Assembly (NCBI GenBank): GCA_963801605.1
Contig: CAWDFP010000006.1
Span: forward strand, 1,632,001 to 1,696,000
Reading direction: 5' to 3'
DNA: 64,000 nt
Source of the DNA: an uncultured candidate division Zixibacteria bacterium
GTDB lineage: Bacteria; Zixibacteria; MSB-5A5; UBA10806
In this document: piece after piece, positions 1 through 10,227 of the stretch
How the letters are laid out: every line of letters begins with the position of its first letter
Position numbering within the stretch: position 1 is the first letter of the stretch
The notes under the pieces: generated by a model
Seen by the model: the letters and a program-made list of their open reading frames with translations, nothing else
What the model was told of the DNA's origin: nothing
Database searches by the model: none
Program-made: the position numbers and the translations under genes

Positions 1-93
1 ACTGATTCACTAACGCTGCCTGCTAAAAAAACATTCTCTTGCCAACTTTATTTCTTCATCGTAAAATAAATATAATGACCAAACTGGTTACAA

Positions 94-900
94 ATGCAGT
101 TAGAGTTGGCGATAATGGCTAAATTTTACAATGTCGGGCATCGCGGGGCATCCGCATACGAGCATGAGAATACCATAATATCTCTGGAAGATGCCATCAC
201 CCGTCGGGCCGATATGCTGGAATTCGATGTCAGGCAGACCGCCGATGGCGCCATCATCCTGTTCCATGACTGGGCCATCAAGACATCTTCCGGCCAGCGC
301 AAATTAATTTCGAATATAACTATCGACGAACTCTCCCAAACCGCCAGAGATCAGGGATATGAAATCGCTTTTTTCGAGGAGGTTCTCAAGCGTTTCGGAA
401 CTCGCATCCCCCTGAATATCGAAATTAAGGTTGGCGGCTTCGAATCCGAAATTGTCAGATTACTTCAAGAGTATCCATTGGCTTATGAACCGACCTTATC
501 GTCGTTTTTCCCCTGGGTAGTAATCCGTCTTAAAAGGATTAACGACAATCTGAAAACCGCCCTGATATTGGGACAGGAGAGAGTTCATAAGTTTAATATC
601 CTGGCACGGCCGGTGGTGCGAAAACTGGTCTGGACTATGGGCATCGGGGCAATTCATCTTCAGGAGACGATTGTGTCGCCGGCGGTCGTCAAGAATCTCA
701 TTCAAAATGGAGTTAGCGTCTTTGTCTGGACCGTGGACGATCCTGACGAGATGCGCCGCTTTCTCAGGATGGGTGTCGATGGCATTATCACCAATAAACC
801 GGATGAACTGTACAAAGTCTGTCTGGAGATGGTCGATGCCAAAGAGCCGATACTTAAAAAAATCACCAATAATTTCGGAAGATTCGCCTACGCCGTATGA
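94..900 (+). CDS. Glycerophosphodiester phosphodiesterase (GDPD family)
   Basis: GHRGAS..HENT, LEFDVRQTADG, LNIEIK, WTVDD and GVDGIITNKP motifs; true start may be ATG at 115. Confidence 0.92.
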   Translation: MQLELAIMAKFYNVGHRGASAYEHENTIISLEDAITRRADMLEFDVRQTADGAIILFHDWAIKTSSGQRKLISNITIDELSQTARDQGYEIAFFEEVLKRFGTRIPLNIEIKVGGFESEIVRLLQEYPLAYEPTLSSFFPWVVIRLKRINDNLKTALILGQERVHKFNILARPVVRKLVWTMGIGAIHLQETIVSPAVVKNLIQNGVSVFVWTVDDPDEMRRFLRMGVDGIITNKPDELYKVCLEMVDAKEPILKKITNNFGRFAYAV

Positions 901-909
901 GGGAAGCGT

Positions 910-1296
910 ATGAAACTTACACGAGTGATGATCAAAGTCAAAGATTACCGTAAAAGTTTCGATTTCTATAATCATATCCTGGGGCTCAAGCTGGCCAATT
1001 CCTGGCAGCGTAAGGACAGCTGGGGAGCGCTTTTTTCCGTGGGATCGGGCATAATCGAGATTATCTGGTATCCCTCCGCCACGGGTCTCGATGACTGCAA
1101 TTATACCATGGAAAGAGATAAGATCGAGATTGATTTGGAGGTCACCGATGTTGATATCTGGCATCGTCGGCTGGCAGCAACCGGTATCACCGTTGTCAAT
1201 GCTCCTCATGACGTTCCCTGGGGATTCAGGCAGTTTACGGTCAAGGATCCGGATAATATGTCAATTGTTCTCAGCCAGCCGATAGTTAAGCAATGA
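910..1296 (+). CDS. VOC/glyoxalase family protein
   Basis: FYNHILGL and PWGFRQFTVKDPD motifs. Confidence 0.88.
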   Translation: MKLTRVMIKVKDYRKSFDFYNHILGLKLANSWQRKDSWGALFSVGSGIIEIIWYPSATGLDDCNYTMERDKIEIDLEVTDVDIWHRRLAATGITVVNAPHDVPWGFRQFTVKDPDNMSIVLSQPIVKQ

Positions 1297-2300
1297 TAGA
1301 TCGTCGGTTATATTTCATTCCCATCGTTTTTGTTTTTATTCTCGTGCTTGGCACAATTGGTTATCACTTAATCGAGCCGACCTTTACTTTTTTTGAAGCA
1401 TTTTACCTGACAGCAATTAATATTTCGACTCTGGGATATGCAGATGTTAAGCCCCTGACAACTGCGGGCAGGGTTTTCAATCTTATAATCATAGTCATGG
1501 CCTGGACTGGGATATTTTTTGTGGCGCGGGTCACCGGCCAAATGCTGATCGAAGGGGAAATTGCCAGATTTTTCGGGAGAAGAAGAATGGATAAGAAGAT
1601 AAGCACTCTTTCAGATCATTACATCATTTGCGGCTATGGCAGGGTTGGACGGGTAGTCTGCGAACAGTTTGATCGTCATAAAATGCCCTTTGTGGTCATC
1701 GAGCGGGATCAGGAGGCCATTGATGAGGTCAGGGGCAAAGGATATTTGTTAGTCCCCGGGGATTGTACGCAGGATGAGATTCTGGTTAGCGCCGGTATCG
1801 ATCGTGCCAAAGGTCTTATCAACGCTGTTCCTGATGAAGCTGATGCCGTTTATACCACTCTATCCGCTCGCCAGCATAATCAAAAACTATTCATTATGGC
1901 TCGGGCCGATTCAACTAATGCTGAACAGATGCTAAAACGCGCTGGAGCTGATCGCATAATCTCGCCGCAGGCCGCTGCCGGTGCACGTATGGCAATGGCC
2001 GCTCTCCGTCCTAATGTCGTAGATTTTCTAACGTTGGCATCGGCCGGCGATGAATCCGCGGGCGTGCGTGTCGAGGAGATCATGGTTTCCGACGGTTCGC
2101 CCTTGGCCGGAAAATCTCTTAAGGAGATCGATATCCGAGCCAAATTCGGCTTAAATGTCATTGGTGTCAGGAAATCCGAAGGCAAGTTGATATTCAATCC
2201 TACAGCCGATTACGGTGTGCAAGTTAGCGATACATTGATTATGGTTGGGGATATAGCTCAACTCGCCCGCATTGGGGAATTATTCATCAGGAAAAGTTGA
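1293..2300 (+). CDS. Potassium channel protein (2TM pore + TrkA-N/TrkA-C RCK domains)
   Basis: ISTLGYAD filter-like motif, HYIICGYGRVG Rossmann motif, C-terminal RCK-C domain. Confidence 0.92.
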   Translation: MIDRRLYFIPIVFVFILVLGTIGYHLIEPTFTFFEAFYLTAINISTLGYADVKPLTTAGRVFNLIIIVMAWTGIFFVARVTGQMLIEGEIARFFGRRRMDKKISTLSDHYIICGYGRVGRVVCEQFDRHKMPFVVIERDQEAIDEVRGKGYLLVPGDCTQDEILVSAGIDRAKGLINAVPDEADAVYTTLSARQHNQKLFIMARADSTNAEQMLKRAGADRIISPQAAAGARMAMAALRPNVVDFLTLASAGDESAGVRVEEIMVSDGSPLAGKSLKEIDIRAKFGLNVIGVRKSEGKLIFNPTADYGVQVSDTLIMVGDIAQLARIGELFIRKS

Positions 2301-3220
2301 TGCCAGAACAGCCCGGCCAAGCAAACCAAATTTCCACGCCTATGTCGGCGGGCAGAGGGGCAGCGGTCTTGTTGATCGGTGTGTTCTTTGTAAGCTGGGC
2401 GGCCATACTTATCAAGCTATCGCATTCCGAGCCAACTACCATCGCTTTCTTCAGGATGTTTTTTTCGACAATGATGGTTTGCCTGGCTATTCCCTTTTAT
2501 CACGGTAAATGGTTTATACAGAGGCGCGATCTGGCAATTACGCTGCTTTCGGGAATATTTTTGGGATTACATTTCTATACCTGGGTGGCCGGCCTCAAAG
2601 CGACATCGATCTCATCATCCGTGGTATTGGTTACAACTCAGCCGATATTCGTTGCCGTTCTCGGTTATCTAATCCTGCGGGAAAAGATCGGGGTTCATGG
2701 CGTGATAGCGGTTATCCTGGGGCTATTGGGAAGCTACCTCGTAGCCCGAGGCGATCTCAAGATCGATCCAGCTCATCTCAAAGGAGATATACTTTCCATT
2801 CTGGGCGCGATTTTTGCGGGAAGCTATCTATTTCTGGGACGATTTCTTCGTCCGCGGGTGGATTTGATTCCCTATGTCGTAACTGTTTACGGAGTCTCAT
2901 CCGCGGTGATTTTGGTTTTAGGATTGGCCTTGAGATCGATTGCGGCTCCGGCGCAGGGAATCGATTATCTCATCTTTTTCCTCCTGGCCCTGGGTCCAAC
3001 CATTTTGGGGCACAATCTGTATAATTACGCTCTCAGGCACTTACCGGCCTTTCCGGTGGGGATTTCAATACTGGGAGAGCCGGTGCTGGCTACAATCTGG
3101 GGTATAATTATTTTTGGCGAGAAGCCTCTTTTTACTACCCTTTGGGGAGGTCTTATTATTATTCTGGCGATTGTTCTGGTCATGACACGGATGAAAAAAA
3201 CCACTGAGGTAGTAGTTTGA
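2297..3220 (+). CDS. DMT/EamA family transporter
   Basis: About 10 hydrophobic helices in two EamA repeats; LGEPV motif. Confidence 0.9.
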   Translation: MMPEQPGQANQISTPMSAGRGAAVLLIGVFFVSWAAILIKLSHSEPTTIAFFRMFFSTMMVCLAIPFYHGKWFIQRRDLAITLLSGIFLGLHFYTWVAGLKATSISSSVVLVTTQPIFVAVLGYLILREKIGVHGVIAVILGLLGSYLVARGDLKIDPAHLKGDILSILGAIFAGSYLFLGRFLRPRVDLIPYVVTVYGVSSAVILVLGLALRSIAAPAQGIDYLIFFLLALGPTILGHNLYNYALRHLPAFPVGISILGEPVLATIWGIIIFGEKPLFTTLWGGLIIILAIVLVMTRMKKTTEVVV

Positions 3221-3882
3221 GAAATGGTATTCTGATTAGTTTCGAGGGTCTCGATAAGGTCGGCAAATCGACTCAGGTCGAACGCTTGATGGAGCATTTG
3301 AAAGAACGCAAGAAACTCGATCCTGTTCTGGTGCGCGAACCGGGATCAAGCGAGACAGGGGAGAGAATCCGCGAAATTCTGGCAGATCTGGCTCTCAGAG
3401 GGAAAATTTCTCCTCTATGCGAATTTATGCTTTATTCGGCCAGCCGCGCTCAGTTGGTTACTGAGACTATCAAACCGATGCTTGAAGCCGGCCGCCTGGT
3501 TATCGCCGACAGATATTACGATTCATCGAGCGCTTACCAGGGCTATGGCCGTGGGCTTGATCTTAATTTTATATCCACGGTCAATTCCACTGTTACTCAA
3601 AATCTGGCGCCTGATTTGACGATTCTATTGATAGTCGAAAAGTTTGTCGCTGAATCGCGCAATGCTCCCGATCGTTTTGCCCCAAATCTCTTTGACGACC
3701 GCCTGGAGCAGGAGTTTTTGCAGTTCCGGCGAAAGGTTCAACAGGGTTTTGTGGAGATCGCGGAGCGTGAAAAGGAACGTTTCCTGGTATTGGACGCCAA
3801 TGAAAAGCGCGATCAAATAGCCAAAAAAATATGTACACGAGTCGATAAACTAATCAAAGATAGATGGACTGAAAATAAATGA
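3217..3882 (+). CDS. tmk: Thymidylate kinase
   Basis: SFEGLDKVGKSTQ P-loop, REPG, DRYYDSSSAYQG. Confidence 0.95.
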   Translation: MRNGILISFEGLDKVGKSTQVERLMEHLKERKKLDPVLVREPGSSETGERIREILADLALRGKISPLCEFMLYSASRAQLVTETIKPMLEAGRLVIADRYYDSSSAYQGYGRGLDLNFISTVNSTVTQNLAPDLTILLIVEKFVAESRNAPDRFAPNLFDDRLEQEFLQFRRKVQQGFVEIAEREKERFLVLDANEKRDQIAKKICTRVDKLIKDRWTENK

Positions 3883-3928
3883 TCTGTAGCACTCAGGAAA
3901 TAATAAATCTTAAAAGCGATGGTTCATT

Positions 3929-4433
3929 ATGAAAATTTCCGCCTTAATTCCTCTTCTTATATTTCTCCCTAATATCATTTTGATATTTGCGCGCTCCCAT
4001 GAGTGAATCGATTCCGGAGAAAGTTACAAAGAACTTAATCTACAGATTGGTTGAAATTATTGAGTGGATAGCCAGAATTGCAGTTCTAATTATCCCATTT
4101 TATTGTAAGATTTATCTTCAATCGAAAGTTGAATTCTTTGGTTTGGGCGCTATGATTCTCGCGATGCTTTTCTATTATTTAGGATGGCTGCGATATCTCG
4201 TCAAAGGACGAGATTACAGTTTATTATATACCAATCACCTGGGTATTCCTCTTCCGATGGCTACCGGGCCGATTATCTATTTTTTACTATCATCGATCAT
4301 ACTGCACTCCTCGGTTATGGCTATAGCATCCATTATTTTTGGGATAACACATTTCTATATCAGCGCTATCGAGCGCAACCGATTTGTCCGGTTTCAAATC
4401 GCCGGATTTAATGACAATCAGTTCATAATTTGA
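3929..4433 (+). CDS. Hypothetical multi-pass membrane protein (apparent frameshift near 3990)
   Basis: ATG at 3929 gives MKISALIPLLIFLPNIILIF, which continues in another frame as ORF 3987..4433; AT-rich. Confidence 0.6.
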
Positions 4434-4585
4434 ACATATCCCGCAGATTTTGCATCTTTTTCTTGCATCCTGAAACATATATTTTTACTATTTTTCATTC
4501 TTCATAAGCATTAATCATCAGCTTACCGATACAAAAATCAGAGCGGCATAGGTTCTTAAATTGCCCGTGTTGGCCGGTCTGTGTT

Positions 4586-6235
4586 ATGAAGATAATTACT
4601 GCAATTTACAGAATATTGAGCCGCTATGGCTGGGGCACAACCCTCGTTGTGTTAGCGGGTTTTGCGGTCGGTTTTACCTGGTCATCATCGGATGCGCTTT
4701 ACGATAATATCCGGCTATTCGATAAGGCGGCGATCACGATCAATTCGGAGTATGTGGAAAATCTAAATGAGAGCCAATTGATCAAAGCCGGAATCGATGG
4801 CATGCTCTCCAAACTCGATCCCTATTCGAAATATTTAAGTGACGCCGACTACTTATATCTCAAGCAGGAGACCGAAGGCGAATTCGAAGGCATTGGAATT
4901 ACCCTTGGATTTCATCATGATACTCTGACCGTGGAATCAGTTATCGAGGGAACGCCGGCCTTTAAGCGCGGTATTGTCGCCGGCGACCGGATTGTCGGTA
5001 TAGATGATGTCTCCACGGTAAACAAGAAGATGCGTGAAATAAAAATGATGCTTCGCGGCCGGCAGGGAAGCGTCGTAACGCTTAATATCATCCGGCCCAA
5101 CAGCGGGCTTCTTAATATTCATGTCGAGCGTGAAGTAGTCGAGATAAAGGCGATTCCGTTTTTTAGTATGGTAAAAGATGATGTCGGCTATATCAGGTTG
5201 GCGCGTTTTTCAAGCGGTTGCTCGCGAGAGATTCATGACGCCATCCGCGATCTCAAGCGCCAGGGAATGACATCGATGATTCTCGATTTGCGGGACAATC
5301 CCGGCGGGCTGCTTTTAGAATCGGTTGAAATCGCCAGTATGTTTCTTCCGGAGACTATAAGCGTTGTAGAGACCCGCGGCAAAGGCGGTATGGTCGGCGA
5401 TTCGTATGCATCATCGGGTAAACCCGATTTTCAGATCGGGGGGCTGGCAGTTTTGGTGGATAGCCAGACAGCCAGCGCCGCCGAGATTTTGGCCGGGGCT
5501 ATCCAGGATCACGACCGCGGCGTCATAATTGGATGTTCCACTTTCGGAAAAGGGCTGGTTCAACAGGTTATGCAGTTTACCGATGATAGCGCCCTCAAAC
5601 TTACCACAGCCAAATATTACCTGCCATCAGGGCGCTGCCTCCAAAAGCCGGATTGGTCGACTTTTGAGTTAGTGAAAGATAAAAGCAATGAACCGGCCGC
5701 GTCGCTCTATAAAACTGATTCCGGCCGGGCCGTTTTTGGCAGCGGCGGTATTATGCCCGATATCTATATCGAGGGCGATACCCCATCGCTTTATGTGAAT
5801 GCGCTTGTTGACGAGTCCTTTATTTTTGACTTTTCGCTGGCTTATCTCAAAGACCATACAATCAATCCCCGTTTTAAGGCTGATTCGACCGTTATGTCGC
5901 AATTCAGGCAGTTTTTAAAAACGCGAAAATTCCAGTTTGAAAACAATGAGCGGACGGCATTTCAGGATTTAAAACAAAATTTGAAAGAACCGTCCGAAAA
6001 GCTAAAATCGGCTTTGGACACTATAGATAAAGAGCTTGCCGCCAAAGAAGCCTGGGAATTCGAATCTCACTACTCCGAGATTGCCAAACAGCTTCGGGGT
6101 GAGATGATCCTGCAGGCATTCGGCGAAACAACCCTATATCAGCAAGTCAGATTGCCCGGTGATCAGGAGATTGTTGAAGCCCTGAATATCCTCTCAGATA
6201 ACAATCGCTATAGCGATATATTGTCTTTTCGCTAA
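4586..6235 (+). CDS. ctpA: Carboxyl-terminal processing protease, S41 family with PDZ domain
   Basis: LDPYS, DLRDNPGGLL, TASAAEILAGAIQDHDR and TFGKGLVQ motifs. Confidence 0.93.
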   Translation: MKIITAIYRILSRYGWGTTLVVLAGFAVGFTWSSSDALYDNIRLFDKAAITINSEYVENLNESQLIKAGIDGMLSKLDPYSKYLSDADYLYLKQETEGEFEGIGITLGFHHDTLTVESVIEGTPAFKRGIVAGDRIVGIDDVSTVNKKMREIKMMLRGRQGSVVTLNIIRPNSGLLNIHVEREVVEIKAIPFFSMVKDDVGYIRLARFSSGCSREIHDAIRDLKRQGMTSMILDLRDNPGGLLLESVEIASMFLPETISVVETRGKGGMVGDSYASSGKPDFQIGGLAVLVDSQTASAAEILAGAIQDHDRGVIIGCSTFGKGLVQQVMQFTDDSALKLTTAKYYLPSGRCLQKPDWSTFELVKDKSNEPAASLYKTDSGRAVFGSGGIMPDIYIEGDTPSLYVNALVDESFIFDFSLAYLKDHTINPRFKADSTVMSQFRQFLKTRKFQFENNERTAFQDLKQNLKEPSEKLKSALDTIDKELAAKEAWEFESHYSEIAKQLRGEMILQAFGETTLYQQVRLPGDQEIVEALNILSDNNRYSDILSFR

Positions 6236-6326
6236 CCTTGCCTTTTAACACATAATTTTATAAATTAACCGGCGAGTTATTTCGTGTTGAGCTCGTTGTT
6301 TTATTTGAAGTTAGAAGGCGGATTAT

Positions 6327-7521
6327 TTGATCGACCCATACCTGGTTTTTATCGATTTTGACGGCACCATTACGTCCAATGATGTAGGCTATGAAATGTT
6401 CAGGAAATTTACCCGGGCCGCTACGGAGCCATTGGTGCAATCATACCGCAGGGGCGAGATTAATTCCCTGGAGTGTCTTAGCCGCGAGTGCGATATCTGG
6501 AATGCCGCCTCACCAGATATGAATGAGGTCTACTCATATCTTGATTCTCAAAATTTAAGAGACGGCTTTCAAGGGTTTTTAAGGACGCTCGAAAATTGGC
6601 AGATCAAGCCATTGATTCTCTCGGAAGGTTTTGATTTTTATATCGATCGGGTTCTGGCCGCGCACGGCTTTTTGCATCTGGAACGCATCACAAATATCGC
6701 CCGCGTTGATGATGGCCGTTTGATTCCTCGGTTTCCCTTTAACCAATTAGGCTGCCGGGAATGCTCAAACTGCAAGGGATATCATATTAATCGTCTGCGG
6801 CCGGCGCTTTCGGCGGCGGTTTATATTGGTGATGGCCACTCCGATTTACACGCCTCGCAAATGGCGGATATTGTTTTTGCCAGATCCCACTTGAGGGAGC
6901 TATTAGGGGAAACGGGTCGGACATTTATCAGCTATGACTCGTTCGACGATATCGTTAATGAAATGACTATTATCCTGCAAAATGGGATTTTCACTCAAAG
7001 CAATAGAATAAATTATTGCCGCCTATCGGGCAGGCATCGTAAAAATTTCCAGGCGCTCTGGGAATCCGGCGAGGTAATGCGTTACGTGGGATATCCAAAT
7101 GGTTTGGGGATAAGTGACGCCAGATATGAAACTATCTGGCCAGGGCTTCAGAATGATCAGGAATCAATCAGGTTGGCGCTGGAGGATAAGTCCGGCCAGT
7201 TTATGGGCGAGGCCATGCTGAGCCGCTCCAGACAAAGACGGTTTCTGTCAACCGGACCTAAAACTAATGCCGGATTATTGGGGCAAAGGTTTGGGTTTTG
7301 AGGCCTGGCAGACGATTTTGGATCGCTCCCAATCACGCTGGCCCGAATCGGATATTCTGGTTACTCCTAATATCGAGAACGACAGGGCGATCAAACTATA
7401 CTTAAAACTTGGTTTCGAATTTAATAGCGAAGAACTTCTTTGGGAGCCGCCGGTCGAAAATAACAAAGCGGTTCCAGTACGCTATAGAAGAATGGTTAAA
7501 AAGAATATTGCCAGAGTTTAG
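6327..7521 (+). CDS. MtnX-like HAD-IB phosphatase fused to a RimJ-type GNAT domain (frameshift near 7250)
   Basis: DFDGTIT, C..C..CK and YIGDGHSD in the N-terminal part; GNAT begins in 6327..7301 and continues in 7267..7521 (YWGKGLG, N.RAIKLYLKLGF). Confidence 0.75.
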
Positions 7522-7566
7522 GATTTATAATAAGATCGTGATGGTTGTGGTGATAGAGGAGAGATA

Positions 7567-10065
7567 ATGAAAGCAGTGATAATGGCGGGCGGTTTCGGCA
7601 CCCGACTGAGGCCTTTAACGGCTAATATTCCCAAACCGATGGTGCCAATGGCGGGCAAGCCGGTCATGGAGCATATTGTTACGCTTCTAAAGAAGCATGA
7701 TATAGATGAAATTATTGCCATCCTGTATTTTCAATCCGAACAGATCGAATCATATTTTAAAGACGGCTCTAAGTGGGGCGTCAAAATGAGCTATTTCAAG
7801 GCGGAGGCTGATTATGGAACTGCCGGCGCCGTAAAAATTGCTCAGAAAAACCTCAATGATCCTTTTATTATAATTTCGGGTGATGTTTTGACCGATTTCG
7901 ACCTCACCAAAGCCATTGATTTCCACAAAATGCGAAAAGCCCAGGCCACTATCGTTTTAACCAGGGTTGAAAATCCGCTGTCGTATGGCATAGTAATCAC
8001 CAGCAAAACCGGAAAGATTACCCGTTTTTTAGAAAAGCCCGGATGGGGCCAGGTATTCTCGGACACAGTTAATACCGGCATCTATATACTTCAACCCGAA
8101 GTGCTGGATTATATCCCCGCCAAAACCGATTTTGACTTCTCCAAAAATCTTTATCCATATATGCTTGAAGAGAAAAAAAGGCTATTTGGTTATGTGGCGC
8201 CCGGCTACTGGCGAGATATTGGAAATATCGAGGAATACTTCCTGGCGCATCAGGATATTTTCGAGGGTAAGGTTGATGTCGAGTTTGGCGGCCATAAACT
8301 TGAAAATGCCGATGCTAAAATATTTGCAGGCGATAATACATTCATTTCGCATGGCGCGCAGCTTTCGGGCACTGTAGTCATAGGGAATAATGTCAAAATC
8401 GGTCCGAGAGCCAGGATTTTCCAGAGCGTAATCGGCAATAACTCCATAATCGGAAGGGACGTTGACCTGAACCGCGTGGTTAGCTGGGATGGTGTTTCTA
8501 TCGGGCCGAAAGCAAAGATCAGCGAGGCAATCCTTTGCAATAGTACATTTGTTGGCGATGAAGCTATCGTTGATGAAAACTGCATCCTGTCCGATAACAG
8601 CCGCGTGGGCGAGGGAGCCTGGATCAAGCGCAACGTGAAAATTTGGCCTAACAAAGAAGTCGAGGCCGGTGCCACATTGAGCACCAGCCTTGTCTGGGGC
8701 GAGCGCTGGAGCCGCGATCTTTTCGCTGATTCCAAAGTCACAGGAGTGGGGAACACCGAGCTTACTCCCGAATTCGCCGCCAAGTTAGGAGCCGCGTTTG
8801 GCGCTATGCTCGGCGAGGGCCGAACTGTAGCTGTCTGCCGAGGGCCATCCAGCGCGGCCCGCATGATAAACCGGGCAGTGATCAGCGGGCTGCTTTCGAC
8901 CGGAGTGAACGTCAATGATCTCCAGACTACCCCCGTACCCGTAATTCGACGTGAACTGCGGAGTGGAAGACTGGCAGGCGGAGTGCATACACGACTAAAT
9001 CCTGAAGGGAACGAAGAGATTGATATTATCTTTTTCGATCATAACGGCAGCGATCTGCCAACATCCAAAAGTAAAAGCATCGAGCGCCTGTTTTTCAGAG
9101 AGGATTTCCGCCGAGCGTCAATCAACAATACCGGCTCAATAGACTTCCCGGCCAGGGTAATCGAGGGCTATCGCGAATCATTCATTCCATATATCGATAA
9201 AGGCGTTTTCGAAATAGCGCATCCCAAAATTGTAATTGATTATTCGTTTGGAGGCGCATCTGAGATTCTGCCGGGAATTTTCGGAGAACTGGGGATTGAT
9301 GCCATATCGCTAAATTCTTTTATCGATCAAAAGAAAGCATACTATTTTACGCAGTTTCAGCGAGAGGCTTTAAAGCAGCTTGGCACGATAGTTAAATCGC
9401 TCGATTGTGATATCGGATTTCTTTTAAATCCCGGCGCCGAGAAATTTATGGCGGTCGATGATAATGGCGATGTCATCAGCCTGCAGAAAATGCTTCTTAA
9501 AGTAACTCAACTTTATTTTGAGGTGGCCAAACCTAAAAGGATCGCCGCACCGGTTACAGCCTCAGCCGGTCTGGAGATGATTGCCGATGAATTCAACGCT
9601 CAAATAGTATGGATTCCCAGCGATCATCAGGCCATGATGGAAGCTGCCGGCACCGAGGGTATCGATTTTGTAGTCGGCACTAAAGGCGGATTTATATTCC
9701 CCGGCTTCCAGTTAGGGGTTGACGCCATGTTCGTGACCGTAAAAATTCTGGAGTTATTAGCCCGTACCGGCAAGAGGCTGAGCCAGGTTACCGGTGACTG
9801 GGATAGGCTTCACATGGCAGAAAAAGAGGTTGCCTGCGCCTGGGGGAAAAAAGGCCAGGTTATGCGTTCGCTGATGGCTCATTCCGAACGGGCCGCCCGG
9901 ATTATTGTGGATGGTGTTCGGGTATCGGAAGATGATGGTTGGGTGCTGGTCCGTCCTGACCGCAAAAAGGCGGCATTTTATATTCTGGCCGAATCATATT
10001 CCGATGAAACCGCCAAAGACCTTGTCAAAGAGTATGTTAAAAACATTAAAAACTGGCAAAAATAA
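7567..10065 (+). CDS. Mannose-1-phosphate guanylyltransferase + LbH + phosphohexomutase-like fusion
   Basis: MKAVIMAGGFGTRLRPLT, hexapeptide repeats, C-terminal PGM/PMM-like domains. Confidence 0.92.
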   Translation: MKAVIMAGGFGTRLRPLTANIPKPMVPMAGKPVMEHIVTLLKKHDIDEIIAILYFQSEQIESYFKDGSKWGVKMSYFKAEADYGTAGAVKIAQKNLNDPFIIISGDVLTDFDLTKAIDFHKMRKAQATIVLTRVENPLSYGIVITSKTGKITRFLEKPGWGQVFSDTVNTGIYILQPEVLDYIPAKTDFDFSKNLYPYMLEEKKRLFGYVAPGYWRDIGNIEEYFLAHQDIFEGKVDVEFGGHKLENADAKIFAGDNTFISHGAQLSGTVVIGNNVKIGPRARIFQSVIGNNSIIGRDVDLNRVVSWDGVSIGPKAKISEAILCNSTFVGDEAIVDENCILSDNSRVGEGAWIKRNVKIWPNKEVEAGATLSTSLVWGERWSRDLFADSKVTGVGNTELTPEFAAKLGAAFGAMLGEGRTVAVCRGPSSAARMINRAVISGLLSTGVNVNDLQTTPVPVIRRELRSGRLAGGVHTRLNPEGNEEIDIIFFDHNGSDLPTSKSKSIERLFFREDFRRASINNTGSIDFPARVIEGYRESFIPYIDKGVFEIAHPKIVIDYSFGGASEILPGIFGELGIDAISLNSFIDQKKAYYFTQFQREALKQLGTIVKSLDCDIGFLLNPGAEKFMAVDDNGDVISLQKMLLKVTQLYFEVAKPKRIAAPVTASAGLEMIADEFNAQIVWIPSDHQAMMEAAGTEGIDFVVGTKGGFIFPGFQLGVDAMFVTVKILELLARTGKRLSQVTGDWDRLHMAEKEVACAWGKKGQVMRSLMAHSERAARIIVDGVRVSEDDGWVLVRPDRKKAAFYILAESYSDETAKDLVKEYVKNIKNWQK

Positions 10066-10227
10066 TCTATGATTAGACAGAAATCCCCTAAAAACGGGCA
10101 GAAATTTGACTTGACGTAATATTTGAAGCATGTATATTAATTGTCTGAAAAAAAAGGAGCGCTTAGGGAAAATTGTTAAAAATTTGATGATTCGGTTCTA
10201 ATAAGGAACTGTCGTTAACTTAAATAA

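Noticed and set aside
496..1209. Long antisense or alternate-frame ORFs (also 8250..8915, 18805..19425, 42221..42730)
   Set aside because: They shadow well-supported genes and have no motifs or RBS.
8700..10065. Missing catalytic Ser motif in the PMM-like domain as a novelty
   Set aside because: As I recall, a degenerate mutase domain is usual in this ~830-aa fusion family.
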